Source of the DNA: Lama glama
Lineage: Eukaryota
Direction: 5' to 3'
NCBI GenBank assembly: GCA_028534125.1
Contig: CM052817.1
Span: 37,760,001-37,824,000 of the forward strand
Length of the DNA: 64,000 nucleotides
A model generated the notes under the pieces. That model saw only the letters and a list, made by a program, of their open reading frames with translations. It ran no database searches and had not been told where the DNA came from. Below, in pieces: positions 63,801-64,000 of this stretch; within the stretch, counting starts at the first letter, position 1; each line of letters starts with the position of its first letter. The position numbers and the translations under genes were made by a program.

Positions 63801-64000
63801 GACTTAATGGTTCATAAACAGACGTGACTCAGTTCAGAACTCAAAAGACATCCTCCAAATCCACTCTTCTACTCTGCTTCCTCTAAGAGTGTCTCCATTT
63901 TCACGTTCTGCTATCCATCTTTGCAAAGCTTCAGTCTCACAGCATGGTGATAGGCATTCCAGCATAAGAGATACTTCATTTCCCTGATGCTGCAAAGAAA

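Overview
This is AT-rich, CpG-poor mammalian genomic DNA, most likely camelid, judged from five vic-1-type tRNA-derived SINEs and recurrent lineage-type L1 3' ends. It has three assembly gaps (13961-14460, 20670-20769, 36533-37032). I found no intact protein-coding gene. The ORF track is explained by decayed L1 ORF2, ERV integrase, microsatellites, N-runs and chance. Much of the window is interspersed repeat: L1, L2, CR1, MIR, SINEs, MaLR/ERVL/ERV1 LTRs, a deleted ERV1 provirus, an ERVL internal relic and hAT MITEs. Young L1 3' ends are mostly minus-strand, which suggests a long intron of a plus-strand gene that I cannot name. The most interesting signals are: two frame-preserving microexon candidates (12 nt at 43791, 9 nt at 51459); a zero-length AG|GTGAGT recursive-splice-like site (54629/54630); a TSD-flanked retrocopy polyadenylated inside LTR-like sequence (42240-43137); a locally templated 52-bp copy of an LTR junction (22757); and a tailless U2 snRNA retropseudogene (58794). 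Repeat family names are from memory of consensus sequences, and boundaries are approximate unless a TSD is given.
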